Assembly (NCBI GenBank): GCA_951406725.2
Contig: OX597841.1
Location: forward strand, 15,872,001-15,936,000
Length of the DNA: 64,000 bases
Direction of reading: 5' to 3'
Source: Octopus vulgaris
Taxonomy: Eukaryota
A program made the position numbers and the translations under genes. The notes under the pieces are model-generated. The model did no database searches. It was not told the DNA's origin and was given only the letters and a program-made list of their open reading frames with translations. Shown here piece by piece: positions 1 to 17,608 of the stretch (position 1 is the stretch's first letter; each line of letters starts with the position of its first letter).

Positions 1-218
1 AACTAAAAGCAACGGCCACGATGTGGCGAATAAGATGGCCGACAGGGATGAGAAGGAGCGAGAGAGAAAACTGGGGTTGTATGTTTATCTGTTTATCTAT
101 ATATCTGCCTGTGGATCTGTGTGACTGTCATTCCGTCTATTTGCCTAATTATCTGTCTGTCGATCAATTTATCTGTATCCAGCTCTCTGTTCGTCTGTAT
201 GCATGATTGTCACCTTGT

Positions 219-730
<512 letters not shown>

Positions 731-732
731 AC

Positions 733-963
733 ATTTTCCTTCCGGTCATTCAAAATGTGACCGCGTGTGTACCGTTGGCGATTTTTTTTCCTCTGTCTTC
801 CCTTCTCTGGATCTTTCCTTCTCCTATGATTCCGACGAAGAGCTCCGCTCGAAACGTTAAACCCTCCTTCTTCCCTTCTTTTCTGAGCGTCCAATAATAC
901 TATATATGTTCCACGTCCTCGCGTTGTTGTGTTTTTTTGTGCTTTCTTGTTTGGATTAACTTT
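733..963 (+). mobile_element. Hammerhead-bearing short element, family A (Penelope-like pLTR or retrozyme)
   Basis: Homologous to 4529-4745 (-) and 35281-35454 (+). Contains CCGACGA-A-GAGC-TCC-GCTC-GAA-ACGT-T-AAAC at 832-862. Flanked by TA/CATA repeats. Confidence 0.7.
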
Positions 964-994
964 ACATACATACATACATACATATATACATACA

Positions 995-1028
<34 letters not shown>

Positions 1029-1074
1029 CATACATACATATATACATACATACATACATACATACATACATACA

Positions 1075-1108
<34 letters not shown>

Positions 1109-1226
1109 CATACATACATACATACATACATACATACATACATACATACATACATACATACATACATACATACACATATACATACATACATACATACATA
1201 CATACATACATACATACATACATACA

Positions 1227-1260
<34 letters not shown>

Positions 1261-1266
1261 CATATA
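964..1266. repeat. (CATA)n microsatellite
   Basis: Tandem array. Confidence 0.95.
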
Positions 1267-1540
1267 CGTGGTTTCAGCGATTAATTCAATGTCATTGGCG
1301 AATCCCAGGATGTAGTCGTTCGCCATTGATGTTCACGCCATCTGTCCAGTCAACATCCTTTATGAGCATTTCCGGAGATGCGGTGTAGCGGCCCAGACAA
1401 GAGCTAAACCATGCCATACATGCCAGACACTCCCATAGCAACGTCCTACTTGCGCTCTTATGTGCAAGTGAGACTTGGGCTTCTACAAATCAGGAAGAAC
1501 ATCAATCGGCCACGATGCTAAACGCCATGGAAAGATCCAA
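1267..1540. mobile_element. Decayed RTE-clade LINE fragments in opposite orientations
   Basis: The minus strand gives ILGFANDIELIAE (FADD-like RT motif). The plus strand at ~1440-1540 gives VLLALLCASETWAST...NAMERS, like the RTE YGSETW...AMER region. Confidence 0.6.
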
Positions 1541-1544
1541 TGAT

Positions 1545-2166
1545 ACAAAGCACGCGGAATTCTGTTCTTGATTCGACGGTCATTCGGAATGCTCACAGCA
1601 GCGATATTCCTACCGCTCTATGTCACGCTGGTGAAACCCATATTGGAGTACGGTATTCAAGCCTCTTCTCCTTATCTCGTCAAAGACATACAGCATCTCG
1701 AAATAGTCTAGAAGCTGGCTACCCGCATGGTTCTTGGTCTCAAGCATTTGTCTTATGAAGAAAGGCTGACGACGCTCGACCTTTATTCTCTAGAAAAACA
1801 ACGATGCCGTGGTGATCTCATTCTCGCCCACAACATCATAAGCGGAAAGTGTAACCTCTCGAAAGAGCTGTTCTTCACTCCTGCTCCAGAGCGTCAGCTG
1901 CTGGGTCACTCCGAAAAGCTCTATCTGCGACGATTTCATCTCAATCGAAGGAGAGGGGCTTTCTCCGTCCGGGTTTGCGGATCCGTGGAATAAGCTGCCC
2001 GACGAGATGGTGAAGATGCCGACAACCGCTCGGTTCAAAGTCTCCCTTGACCACAAGTTGCCTGAACTCTTTACATGAACACCACCCTGTACATAACTCC
2101 ATGTCCCCCTACATGGCCTTGCTTTTTGCTTTTTGAGCCAAAAAATTAACTAACTAACTAACTAAT
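1545..2166 (+). mobile_element. CR1-group LINE 3' fragment with (TAAC)n tail
   Basis: Broken translation LYVTLVKPILEYG...LSYEERLTTLDLYSLEKQRCRGDLI...GHSEKL...FSVRV..WNKLP..FKVSLD, then a short 3' UTR and a taactaac tail. Confidence 0.9.
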
Positions 2167-2244
2167 TATCACGAGAGCTATTTATTCCGTACATATAGGC
2201 GCTGGCTTGGTTGTGTGGTAAAAAGATTGCTTTCCAACCACGTG

Positions 2245-2245
2245 A

Positions 2246-2318
<73 letters not shown>

Positions 2319-2547
2319 GAGTGAGAGAGCAGTGCATGCCATCAAAGTGACACTGGGGTACAAATATACGAAGCCCAGTAATACCCATCATGACTACCCG
2401 TCTGATAAGGGTACACCAGGCACATGCATCACAACCATATGTGCGCGACATGGTGATCTCATATCAAGATAAACAGCATATGACCTTGCAGGTGGGGCCC
2501 AGTTAGAAATTTCTTCTGGTCGAGTAACCCATCCTGCTCAAATGGTC

Positions 2548-2636
<89 letters not shown>

Positions 2637-3190
2637 GAGTGAGAGAGCAGTTCATGCCATCAAAGTGACACTGGGGTAAAATATACGAAGCCCAATATAC
2701 CCATCATGACTACCCGTCTGATAAAGGTACACCAGGCACATGCATCACAACCATATGTGCGCGACATGGTCATCTCATATCAAGATAAACAGCACATGAC
2801 CTTGCAGGTGGGGCCCAGTTAGAATTTTCTTCAGGTTGAGTAGCCCATCCCGCTCAAACGGTCCCTGAATAAGGGTTGCTTAAGGATGTTGAAAGAACCA
2901 CCCATGTTTCCAGAGGTGAACTATTCAAACCCCAAGGAATCCCTCTCAACACATGGCTATGATGCTCCCCCACTACTTCTGCTCGTGATCAGAGATGCAC
3001 ATATCGTCAGCCACTAAGAGACATGCTCAACTGGTTAAGGTCAAACAACTGACAAGCAAATCTGTGGTATTGAGCAGAATATTTGCTGTAGCCCATCTTT
3101 TATACCAAGACAAAACAATGTACATGATAACACTTCCAATCAGTTAAGATCAGAAGCCATGAGAGCCACTGCCTGGTACTGCATCAGGGC

Positions 3191-3266
<76 letters not shown>

Positions 3267-3822
3267 GAGTGAGAGAGCAGTGCATGCCATCAAAGTGACA
3301 CTGGGGTAAAATATACAAAGCCCAGTATACCCATCATGACTACCCGTCTGATAAGGGTACACTAGGCACATGCATCACAACCATATGTGCGCGACATGGT
3401 CATCTCATATCAAGATAAACAGCACATGACCTTGCAGGTGGGGCCCAGTTAGAATTTTATTCTGGTCGAGTGGCCCATCCCACTCAAAAGGTCCCTGAAT
3501 AAGGGTTGTTTAAGGATGTTGAGCGAAACACCCATGTTTCCAAAGGTGAATTATTCAAACCCCAAAGAATCCCTCTCAACACATGGCTATGATGCTCCCC
3601 CACTACTTCTGCTCGTGATCAGAGATGCACAAATCGTCAGCCACCAAGGGACATGCTCAACTGGTTAAGGCCAAACAACTGACAAGCAAATCTGTGGTAT
3701 TGAGCAGAATATTTGTTGTAGCCCATCTTTTATACCAAGACAAAACAATGTACATGATAACACTTCCAATCAGTTAAGATCAGAAGCCATGAGAGCCACT
3801 GCCTGGTACTGCAACAGGGCAT
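2245..3822 (-). mobile_element. Three copies of a ~556-bp non-coding retroposon separated by (TAA)n arrays
   Basis: Copies at 2319-2548 (truncated), 2637-3192 and 3267-3822. Each has the same end abutting a long (TTA)n array. Confidence 0.85.
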
Positions 3823-3824
3823 TC

Positions 3825-4325
3825 TTTTTATTATTTTTTTCCTTCTTTCTTCAAATTTTCTTCCGTTTCTCGCCGAGTGTTTTCCGTACACCTAGGGCAG
3901 AGAAGCTCATTGTATGCATTCCCAGATTACACGTAAATTCACAGGTAAAATATGTATTTAAAAAATTAATAAATAAATAAATTCATGGATGGATGTTGTT
4001 TTCACAGCGATAATGCTCTTCTCAGTACATGAGCCGTTCCAGTTAATACGATTTTTTGCACTTCCTGTAGGGATGGTAAGCCTGGTATCATTTTCAAATA
4101 GGTTCCAGTACCTTTTTTATCATTTCTAGAGATCCTACAATCACTAGTACTGTAGTCGCCTTGAGATCCCACAATCATTCAATTTCTAATAGCAAATCTT
4201 TATATTTACTAATCTTGTCAAATTCTTTCGCCGCTATATTGTGATCACAGGGAATACTCATGTCAATTAATAAGCACATCTTTTTTTGTCTGATCTTTTA
4301 TTTTAATATCCGGTTTATTAGCTTT
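3825..4325 (-). mobile_element. R4/Dong-type non-LTR retrotransposon 3' fragment (restriction-like endonuclease domain plus 3' UTR)
   Basis: Minus-strand KANKPDI...CLLIDMSIPCDHNIAAKEFDKISKYKDL..EI..W...VIVGSL...VQKIVLTGTAHVLRRALSL* (stop 4002-4004). Carries the PD..D RLE motif. Confidence 0.85.
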
Positions 4326-4431
4326 TATATAATATTAATATATTATATAATATATTTATATAATATTTATATAATAATAATAATAATAATAATAATACTA
4401 GTCTATATATATATATATAGTTATATATATA

Positions 4432-4465
<34 letters not shown>

Positions 4466-4528
4466 TAGTATTTTTATTATTATATAAATATTATATAAAT
4501 ATATTATATAATATATTAATATATATAT

Positions 4529-4745
4529 AAGGTTAATCCAAACATGAAAACACAAAAAAACACAACAACGCGAGGACGTGGAACAAATCTAGTATTATTG
4601 GACGCTCAGGAAAGAAGGGAAAGAAGGAGGGTTTAACGTTTCGAGCGGAGCTCTTTGTCGGAAACATAGGAGAAGGAAAGATCCAGAGAAGGGAAGACAG
4701 AGGAAAAAAAATCGCCAACGGTACACACGAGGTCACATTTTGAAA
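4529..4745 (-). mobile_element. Hammerhead-bearing element family A
   Basis: Reverse-complement copy of 733-963. Fold at 4631-4665 with perfect stem I GTTT/AAAC and a G8A mutation. Confidence 0.7.
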
Positions 4746-4780
4746 GCAATATATATATATTTATGTGTGTGTGTGTATAT

Positions 4781-5146
4781 GTGCAGGCGTGGCTGTGTGG
4801 TGAGTTCCGGGTTCAGTCCCACTGCGTAGCACCTTGGGCAAGTGTCTTCTACTAAAGCCTCAGGCAGACCAAAGCCTTGTGAGTGGATCTAGTAGATGTA
4901 AACTGAAAGAAGTCCAACGTATGTATGCGCGTGCGTGTGTGGGTGGGTGTTTGTGTGTCTGTGTTTGACCCCCCAACTGATGCTAGTTATTTACGTCCCC
5001 GTAAGCCAGCGGTTCGGTAAAAGATACCGATAGAATAAGTACTAGGCTTACAAAGAATAAGTCCTGGGGTCGATTTGCTCGACTAAAGGCGGTGATCCAA
5101 CATGGCCGCAGTCAAATGACTGAAACAAATTAGAGAATAAAAGAAT
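4781..5146 (+). mobile_element. tRNA-derived SINE family 1 (CORE-like body)
   Basis: A/B-box-like head (TGGCTGTGTGG, GGTTCAGTCCC), CCTTGGGCAAGT core, internal TA/TG tract and GGCGGTG..CCAACATGGCCGCAGTC tail. Small head deletion. Confidence 0.85.
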
Positions 5147-5162
5147 ACATATATATATATCT

Positions 5163-5460
5163 ATCACGTGATCACGTGACCGACCAGACCATCAGATGTT
5201 GTTACACATCGCTGGTCACAATGCGTTCGCCTTCGAATGACGCCACCCCGCTGGCTAAGCGAGCAGGCCAACAGAAGAAAGAGTGGGAGAAAGAGTGGTG
5301 AAAGAGTACAGCAGGGATCACCACCATCCCCTGCCGGAGCGTCGTGGAGCTTTTTAGGTGTTTTCGCTCAATAAACACTCACAACGCCCGGTCTGGGAAT
5401 CGAAACCGCGATCCTCCGACCGCGTGTCCGCTGCCCTAACCACTGGGCCATTGCGCCTCC
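5163..5460 (-). mobile_element. tRNA-derived SINE family 3
   Basis: Head GGAGGCGCAATGGCCCAGTGGTTAGGGC...GGTTTCGATTCCC. Partial homologs at 39720-39994 (head) and 30012-30122 (tail). Confidence 0.8.
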
Positions 5461-5500
5461 ATATATAAATATATATATATATATGTGTGTGTGTGAGTGT

Positions 5501-5539
<39 letters not shown>

Positions 5540-5562
5540 TGTGAAGGTTTACATGCACGCAC

Positions 5563-5628
<66 letters not shown>

Positions 5629-5788
5629 TAACAGACAGACAAATACACAGACAGACAGACAGACAGATAGATAGATGCATAACGAAAGAGTTACAAAAGA
5701 GCGATTAAACTGAATATATATATTGTTTTTCAACGTCTTGCTATACACAAACAAATATACATACATACATACATACATACAAACATAT

Positions 5789-5839
<51 letters not shown>

Positions 5840-6376
5840 CATACACACAGACGACTGTAAAATAAACTAAGAACTAAAACTCAAACATGAAAGTTTAAAA
5901 AATACGTGAAAAAAAAGTGATTGAAAAGGAAAAACGAAGAAAAGAAAGAAAACAGAACGAAAAGGCGAAAGGAAGGAAAAAGCGAAGAAAAAGAGGTGGA
6001 AAAGCGAAGAAAATACAGAGAAGAAAGAAGAAAAACGAATGGGGGAATGAAAGACGGAGTAGAAGTAGAACGAAGTGGAGGCGGGTGGCGATTTGGGGGA
6101 GAGCTGTAAGCCGAACGTTAGTAGAAGGGAAAGATAAGAAGCAGACGACGACTTTTGGGAAGGCGGCCATTTTGTCGTCTGTTAGAGTCGGCAATCATCA
6201 GATAATATGGGCGACAGGGGACAGGGAGGTTTATTACTGACAGATAGAAAAATAGGGCTAGCTTTCTCTTTCAGCTTCTCTTTCCATTCGGCCCTCCATC
6301 ATCGCCCCACTTTTGAGTTTTTAGGGGGCAGATGTCTCCGCTTTGGCTTTCTCTGTCTTTCTCAGTTACCTTCTCT

Positions 6377-12010
<5,634 letters not shown>

Positions 12011-12016
12011 TATGTG

Positions 12017-12665
12017 TGTGACAGGTGATGAGAAATGGATTGTCTACCGGAATGTTCAGAGAAAGCGATCTTAGAGTAAGCGACATGAGCCACCCTTAGC
12101 CACCCCAAAAGCGGGTCTTCACTCTAAAAAAAGTCTTGCTTTGTGTCTGGTGGGATTAGAAAGGAATTCTGTACTCTGAGCTTCTCCCAAGTAACCAGAC
12201 AATTAATTCTGAGAAATACTGCACACAACTGGACGAGTTAAAAGCAGCAATTCAAGAGAAACGTCCAGAATTGGCCAACACGAAGGGTGTTGTTTTCCAA
12301 CATGATAATGCAAGACCGCACGTTTCTTTGGGAACCAGACAAAAATTGCTGCAGCTTGGCTGGGATGTGTTATTCCACCTTCCATATTCACCAGATATTG
12401 CTCATTCGGATTTCCACTTATTCAGGTCTCTGCAGAATAGTCTTAATGGTAAAAATTTCAATTCCTTGGATGACGTAAAAAGATACCTTGATGAATTCTT
12501 TGCCATGAAACCGTCTCAATTCTGGGAAGAGGGTTAAAGGAAAGATGGAGACGCATTGTGCAACAAAATGGTTCATATTTGGTTGATTAAAAATGAAATG
12601 ACAAGTATTTATTGACCTTTTTCTTTCCTTTAAAAATCGGCGCGAACTTTCCGGACAACTCAATA
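12017..12665 (+). mobile_element. Mariner (DD34D) transposon remnant, 3' half with right TIR
   Basis: TGDEKW...KKVLLCVWWD...FQHDNARPH...HLPYSPDIAHSDFHLF with in-frame stops. Ends ...CGAACTTTCCGGACAACTCAATA followed by TA. Confidence 0.92.
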
Positions 12666-13142
12666 TAATGTAAAACTTAAAATTCGATGTTACACATAAC
12701 TTATGTAATTATGAGAAGAAAAAGAAACAGTAAGGTTTCTAAATAACGCAAGGTCTTCATACGGACGCACGCCCGCGAAAACTCTTACTACATTGATATC
12801 TGTCATTCAGTCATTTGGTCCTTTAGGCGATATACACTGTCGGATGTCTTTCATTTTAGGTGATAAACTTAATAAATCTTAAAGTTTTATATTCCCGTGA
12901 CATACGTTAGAGATATCGACCCGACTTATTCAAATAATTGTTCGTGGAATGAACCTAATAAAATTAGCTAGAGTACACCCGATAGTTCATGTTTAAATCT
13001 GATGGGACTCTTTCTGCTTGGAGAGGGATTGGAAAATGTTATATCTTAATAAACTTCCATTACATATTGTGGATATTTTTGGAAACATTCGCCTTCTTAA
13101 CGCTTGATATTTCACATTTAAATCAGATGTGAATAGTATATG

Positions 13143-13203
<61 letters not shown>

Positions 13204-13234
13204 TCTCTCTCTTATTCTTCCGCTCATCTTCCTT

Positions 13235-13657
13235 TCATGCAGTAATATATATCTGGAAGATCATGGTAGGAATTGTGCCAACTTTTGGCATTGAAAGCTA
13301 CACCAATGCTAGAATGGGACGACACTGCATAGTGCCAAAGATCCCAGCAATGCCATCACGCTTCAGGACCAGCTTCTGCAACAGCCTGGGTTTCAAGGGC
13401 CCACAGCTTTTTAATATTCTCCCAAAGAGTCTGAGGAGCTTGCATAAAGTAGATGAAGGGGTTTTTAAATCAAAGGTGGACCTCTTCCTGTCGAGAGTCC
13501 CAGATGAACCTACCTCACGGCAAGAGGTGCAAATGAGGGTAGCTATAACAAACTCCATTCTTCATCAAGTGCCATATATTAGAGGGGGTTCTTCGTAATA
13601 ACAGTGTAGCGCAAAACGGCGGTGCATCAGCATGGCCGCAGCTCTGTGCTGAAACTA

Positions 13658-13660
<3 letters not shown>
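13235..13660 (+). mobile_element. CR1-group LINE 3' fragment (putative partner of SINE family 1)
   Basis: GRHCIVPK...NSLGFKGPQLFNILPK...FKSKVDLFLSRVPDEP...NSILHQ. 3' end GGCGGTGCATCAGCATGGCCGCAG..TGAAAC resembles the SINE1 tail. Confidence 0.85.
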
Positions 13661-13700
<40 letters not shown>

Positions 13701-14174
13701 TGTATATATGTATGTGCTGAAAGAATGCCTGAGTAAAATATAGTCTTGCACATCCGGCAATCTGACTAACACCCACGTAACAAAAAAATAAATAAATAAC
13801 AAATAATAACAAATATATTTATTAAATTTACTTAACATTTTTGCACTAAATAATATGTAATTGTAAGCTAATTGCTAAATTTGAATTTTCTCTGAGTCGG
13901 ATGTAAGAAATGGTGGAATGGCGTCATCGTCTTGTTTACAAATACGTAAGTTAATACACGTACCGAATTACATTCACTTCAATTCAGAAAGTTTAGTGAC
14001 ATATTGAATAAGTAAGTATTTATATATATGAATACAGGCTTTATGATATATAATAAGAAATATTTAATTCACACCTTTGATGATTTACAAAGAGAAAATG
14101 CTAAAAAATCTCGGTATACGACGCTAAGTACACTTAGGTCGTGGGAAGACATTGTCAGAACGGGTGAATGTAAG

Positions 14175-14371
14175 CGAGGGAAAGTGAGAGAGAGAGGGGA
14201 AGTGAGGGAAGAGAGAGAGAGAGAGAAAGAGAGGGGAAGTGAGGGAAGAGAGAGAGAGGGGGAGAGGGGAAGTGAGGGAAGAGAGAGAGAGGGGAAGTGA
14301 GGGAAGAGAGAGAGAGAGGGGAGAGGGGAGAGAGAGAGGAAGTGAGGGAAGAGAGAGAGAGAGGAAGTGAG

Positions 14372-14421
<50 letters not shown>

Positions 14422-14500
14422 GTGAGGGAAGAGAGAGAGAGAGAGGAAGTGAGGGAAGAGAGAGAGAGAGGAAGTGGGGGAAGAGAGAGAGAGAGAGAGA
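14175..14500. repeat. GA-rich minisatellite (GGAAGTGAGGGAA plus (GA)n)
   Basis: About 9 visible units. Confidence 0.85.
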
Positions 14501-14535
14501 TATTGGGCAAGTTGAATAATTAAAAATATGTATTA

Positions 14536-14836
14536 CTAGCAGTATCGCCCGGCGTTGCTCGGGTTTGTAAGGGAAATAACAATATAACCATTTTTAGAGA
14601 GTTATAGCCAAAAAATAGCAAAAAAATGCGTTAAAAATGGAAAAAAAATTATGGTAAATTTTTTTTTAAATCGTTGACTCATCGTAGACGCGCGCTAATA
14701 CCCAGAAGGGCTCGATATGAATCACGACTATAAGATACCCGGTTTTGGTTAAACTGCACCGCAAAATGTGGGAGTAGTTAGGAATCTAAATCGGAGGAGA
14801 CAGACACTCACACAACCTTACTTTTATATATAAAGA
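14536..14836 (-). mobile_element. Non-autonomous Helitron (variant 5' part)
   Basis: On the minus strand: 5' TC, 3' hairpin CCCGAGCAACGCCGGG then CTAG. The 3' part is shared with the other three Helitrons. Confidence 0.75.
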
Positions 14837-15360
14837 AGTGGTAAACATTTTATTGTATTTGGGGAGAGTCATTCTGTTTTAATGCTGTATTAATTAACAC
14901 ACACACTGGTTCGATTTCCTCTCATTTACTTATTTATTTTCGCAAAAAATTATTTTCGTTGCTTCTTGCGACCTTTCCAATAATCGTTGGCACAATAAAA
15001 TATGCTTCAACACACGAATTCACGTAAAGAATCTTGCAAACCAAATACAAAAACGAAATTGATGAATATAGACAGCAGCAATAGCAATGCTGAAGACGAT
15101 CTTTCGGAGATGGTATATCGAAAGTGAAAACATTTATTCGGCAATTTCGGTAGAAAAAAACAACTTTTTGTTTCTTGAATTCTGTTTAATTTCTGTGTGT
15201 GTGTGTATGTATTTAATTTCTGTGTGTGTGTATGTGTTTAATTTCTGTGTGTGTGTATGTGTTTTTGAGTATATAAGTATATATATGTATACATACAAAA
15301 TATACATACATGCACTTAAACACACTCATATATATATATATTTACGAACACAAACACACC

Positions 15361-15532
15361 ACGTACATCGCCATGATAGATCCATAGCCACAAAACCCTT
15401 TTTTATTTTCTCTCCCTGTTTATCTATGTGTTCCTATCTGTTGAAGAGCGTAGGCTCGAAATGTAAGAGACTTTCTTATTTCCAGAGCGTTAAACTGATA
15501 CATCTGTTTGTTGTTTACACACCCGTCTTCGT

Positions 15533-15570
<38 letters not shown>

Positions 15571-15741
15571 TTAGCCACTACACACATTTTTTTCTAGCCT
15601 TGTTTTTTCTGTGTCCCTTTCTGTAGAAGAGCATAGGCTCGAAACGTAAAAGACTTTTTCTATTCCTGAGCGTTATACTAATACATCTGTTTGTTTTGTA
15701 CACCACCTGTCTTCGTCTTTAGTTTTTTTCATAAACTCTCC

Positions 15742-15743
<2 letters not shown>
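15361..15743 (+). mobile_element. Two tandem hammerhead-bearing elements, family B
   Basis: Folds at 15434-15469 and 15617-15652 (CTTT-CTGTAGA-A-GAGC-ATAG-GCTC-GAA-ACGT-A-AAAG), separated by (TA)n. Homolog at 54097-54295. Confidence 0.65.
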
Positions 15744-15780
<37 letters not shown>

Positions 15781-15871
15781 AGCACATGCATACATGCGCA
15801 AAAGATAAATAAACATAAGAGATTCGGCCTCCTACCACCACCATTATTGAAGAAATATTGAAGAAATAATC

Positions 15872-16357
15872 CTTTTTTTTTCTTTTAAGGAAAATTGCCG
15901 AAGAATTAGCTTCAATTATGATGTACCATCGTAAAAAGAGAGAGGGATCAATAGGGATGGTGTGTCACAGAAATGTCATGGTGTAAAGTGTAAAGGGGGA
16001 AGCAGATAAGGTTTATCCGTGGAAAGAAAAGCCTACGGAAAAGACCACGGTAACCTCGGCCAATAATGTCACAAGTTAATACATTTATTTGCAAGTAAAT
16101 AAATTTCTGTTTAAAATTTTTCCGGGTTCATAAGATTATGTTCAAGGTTGCTTCGCCATTCATACGAGCCATCCTTGCTACATTCACCCATCTTTTTCGG
16201 AAACATTCGCTAGACAAAACTTGCCTCTCTATTTTCACTTTCCTTTTCAAGTGGTACTTGAAGAAGTTGATGAGAGATTGACCAGAGAGGAAAGTGTTTG
16301 TCTCCAATCTTTTCAGACGCGTCCACCAGATACATTCTTTCGCCACAGCCACGATAA

Positions 16358-16358
<1 letters not shown>
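15872..16358 (-). mobile_element. L1/Tx1-like LINE 3' fragment
   Basis: Minus-strand [14 protein letters not shown]...HLKRKVKIER...FRKRWV resembles the L1/Tx1 ORF2 C-terminus. Followed by a UTR and an A-rich tail near 15872. Confidence 0.6.
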
Positions 16359-16430
<72 letters not shown>

Positions 16431-16567
16431 CGGAGAGACAGATAGATAGATAGATAGATAGATAGGTACATATATACATAGACAGACAGACAGACACAGA
16501 CAGATAGATAGATACATACATACATACATACATACATACATACATACATACATACATACATACATAA

Positions 16568-16600
<33 letters not shown>

Positions 16601-16605
16601 TAAAC

Positions 16606-16656
<51 letters not shown>

Positions 16657-16695
16657 TATTACATAGATACATACATAGACAGACAGACAGACTGG

Positions 16696-16730
<35 letters not shown>

Positions 16731-16907
16731 GTAGGTAGGTAGATAGACAGACAGACAGATTGACAGACGGACAGACAGACAGACAGCCAGACAGATAGAT
16801 TAAATCGATAAACAAGAACATTGTACATATAAAAATAAAAATTAATTTCGCCTCTTCTGGCACATAATTTCCTTCGCTTCACCGCTTATTCGCCCCAAAC
16901 ACACACA

Positions 16908-17040
<133 letters not shown>

Positions 17041-17334
17041 TAAATATGTCGCCTAATGGGTTTTATATGTGTTATATATTGCAATATATTGGCAATAACT
17101 TTATACGTATTAAGCATTTGATATCTGTAAGATATTCTATAATGGCAGAAACCAATAACGAAACTGTATTGAAAGCGCGCTTTGAATACAGTAATTCGTA
17201 AATAAAAATTAAATTCGTAAATAAAAAGGCGGTGCTCCAGCATGGCCACAGCCAAATGACTGAAACAAGTAAAAGAGTAATATTAAAATATGAAAGGTTT
17301 TTTTTTTTTTTAAATATTTTTAGCTCTTCCTCAA

Positions 17335-17530
17335 TTACTTGTTTCGGTCATTTGACTGCGGCCATGCTGCAGCATAGCCTTTTAGTCGAGCAAATCGATC
17401 CCGGGACTTGTTCTTTGTGAGCCCAGTACTTATTCTATCGGTCTCTTTTGCCGAACCGCTAAGTGACGGGGACGTAAACACACCAGCATCGGTTGTAAAG
17501 CAATGCTAGGGGACAAACACAGACACACAA

Positions 17531-17608
<78 letters not shown>

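Noticed and set aside
2146-2166. (TAAC)n resembling a telomeric repeat
   Set aside because: It is the short tandem tail of the CR1-group LINE and is not TTAGGG.
3170-3192. TGCAGTACC similarity to U2 snRNA, and a possible HDV-like ribozyme in the 556-bp unit
   Set aside because: The U2 match is only about 9 nt, and I could not build a canonical P3/L3/P1.1 HDV fold.
5385-5460. tRNA-like sequences here and at other SINE heads
   Set aside because: They continue into SINE bodies and lack a complete cloverleaf, so they are not tRNA genes.
12271-12537. Mariner ORF as a functional or domesticated gene
   Set aside because: It is 5'-truncated, with in-frame stops upstream and a frameshift at the end.
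15085-15140. CTGAAGA...GAAA hammerhead-like string
   Set aside because: Stems I and III cannot both form with an unpaired H17; at best a decayed relic.
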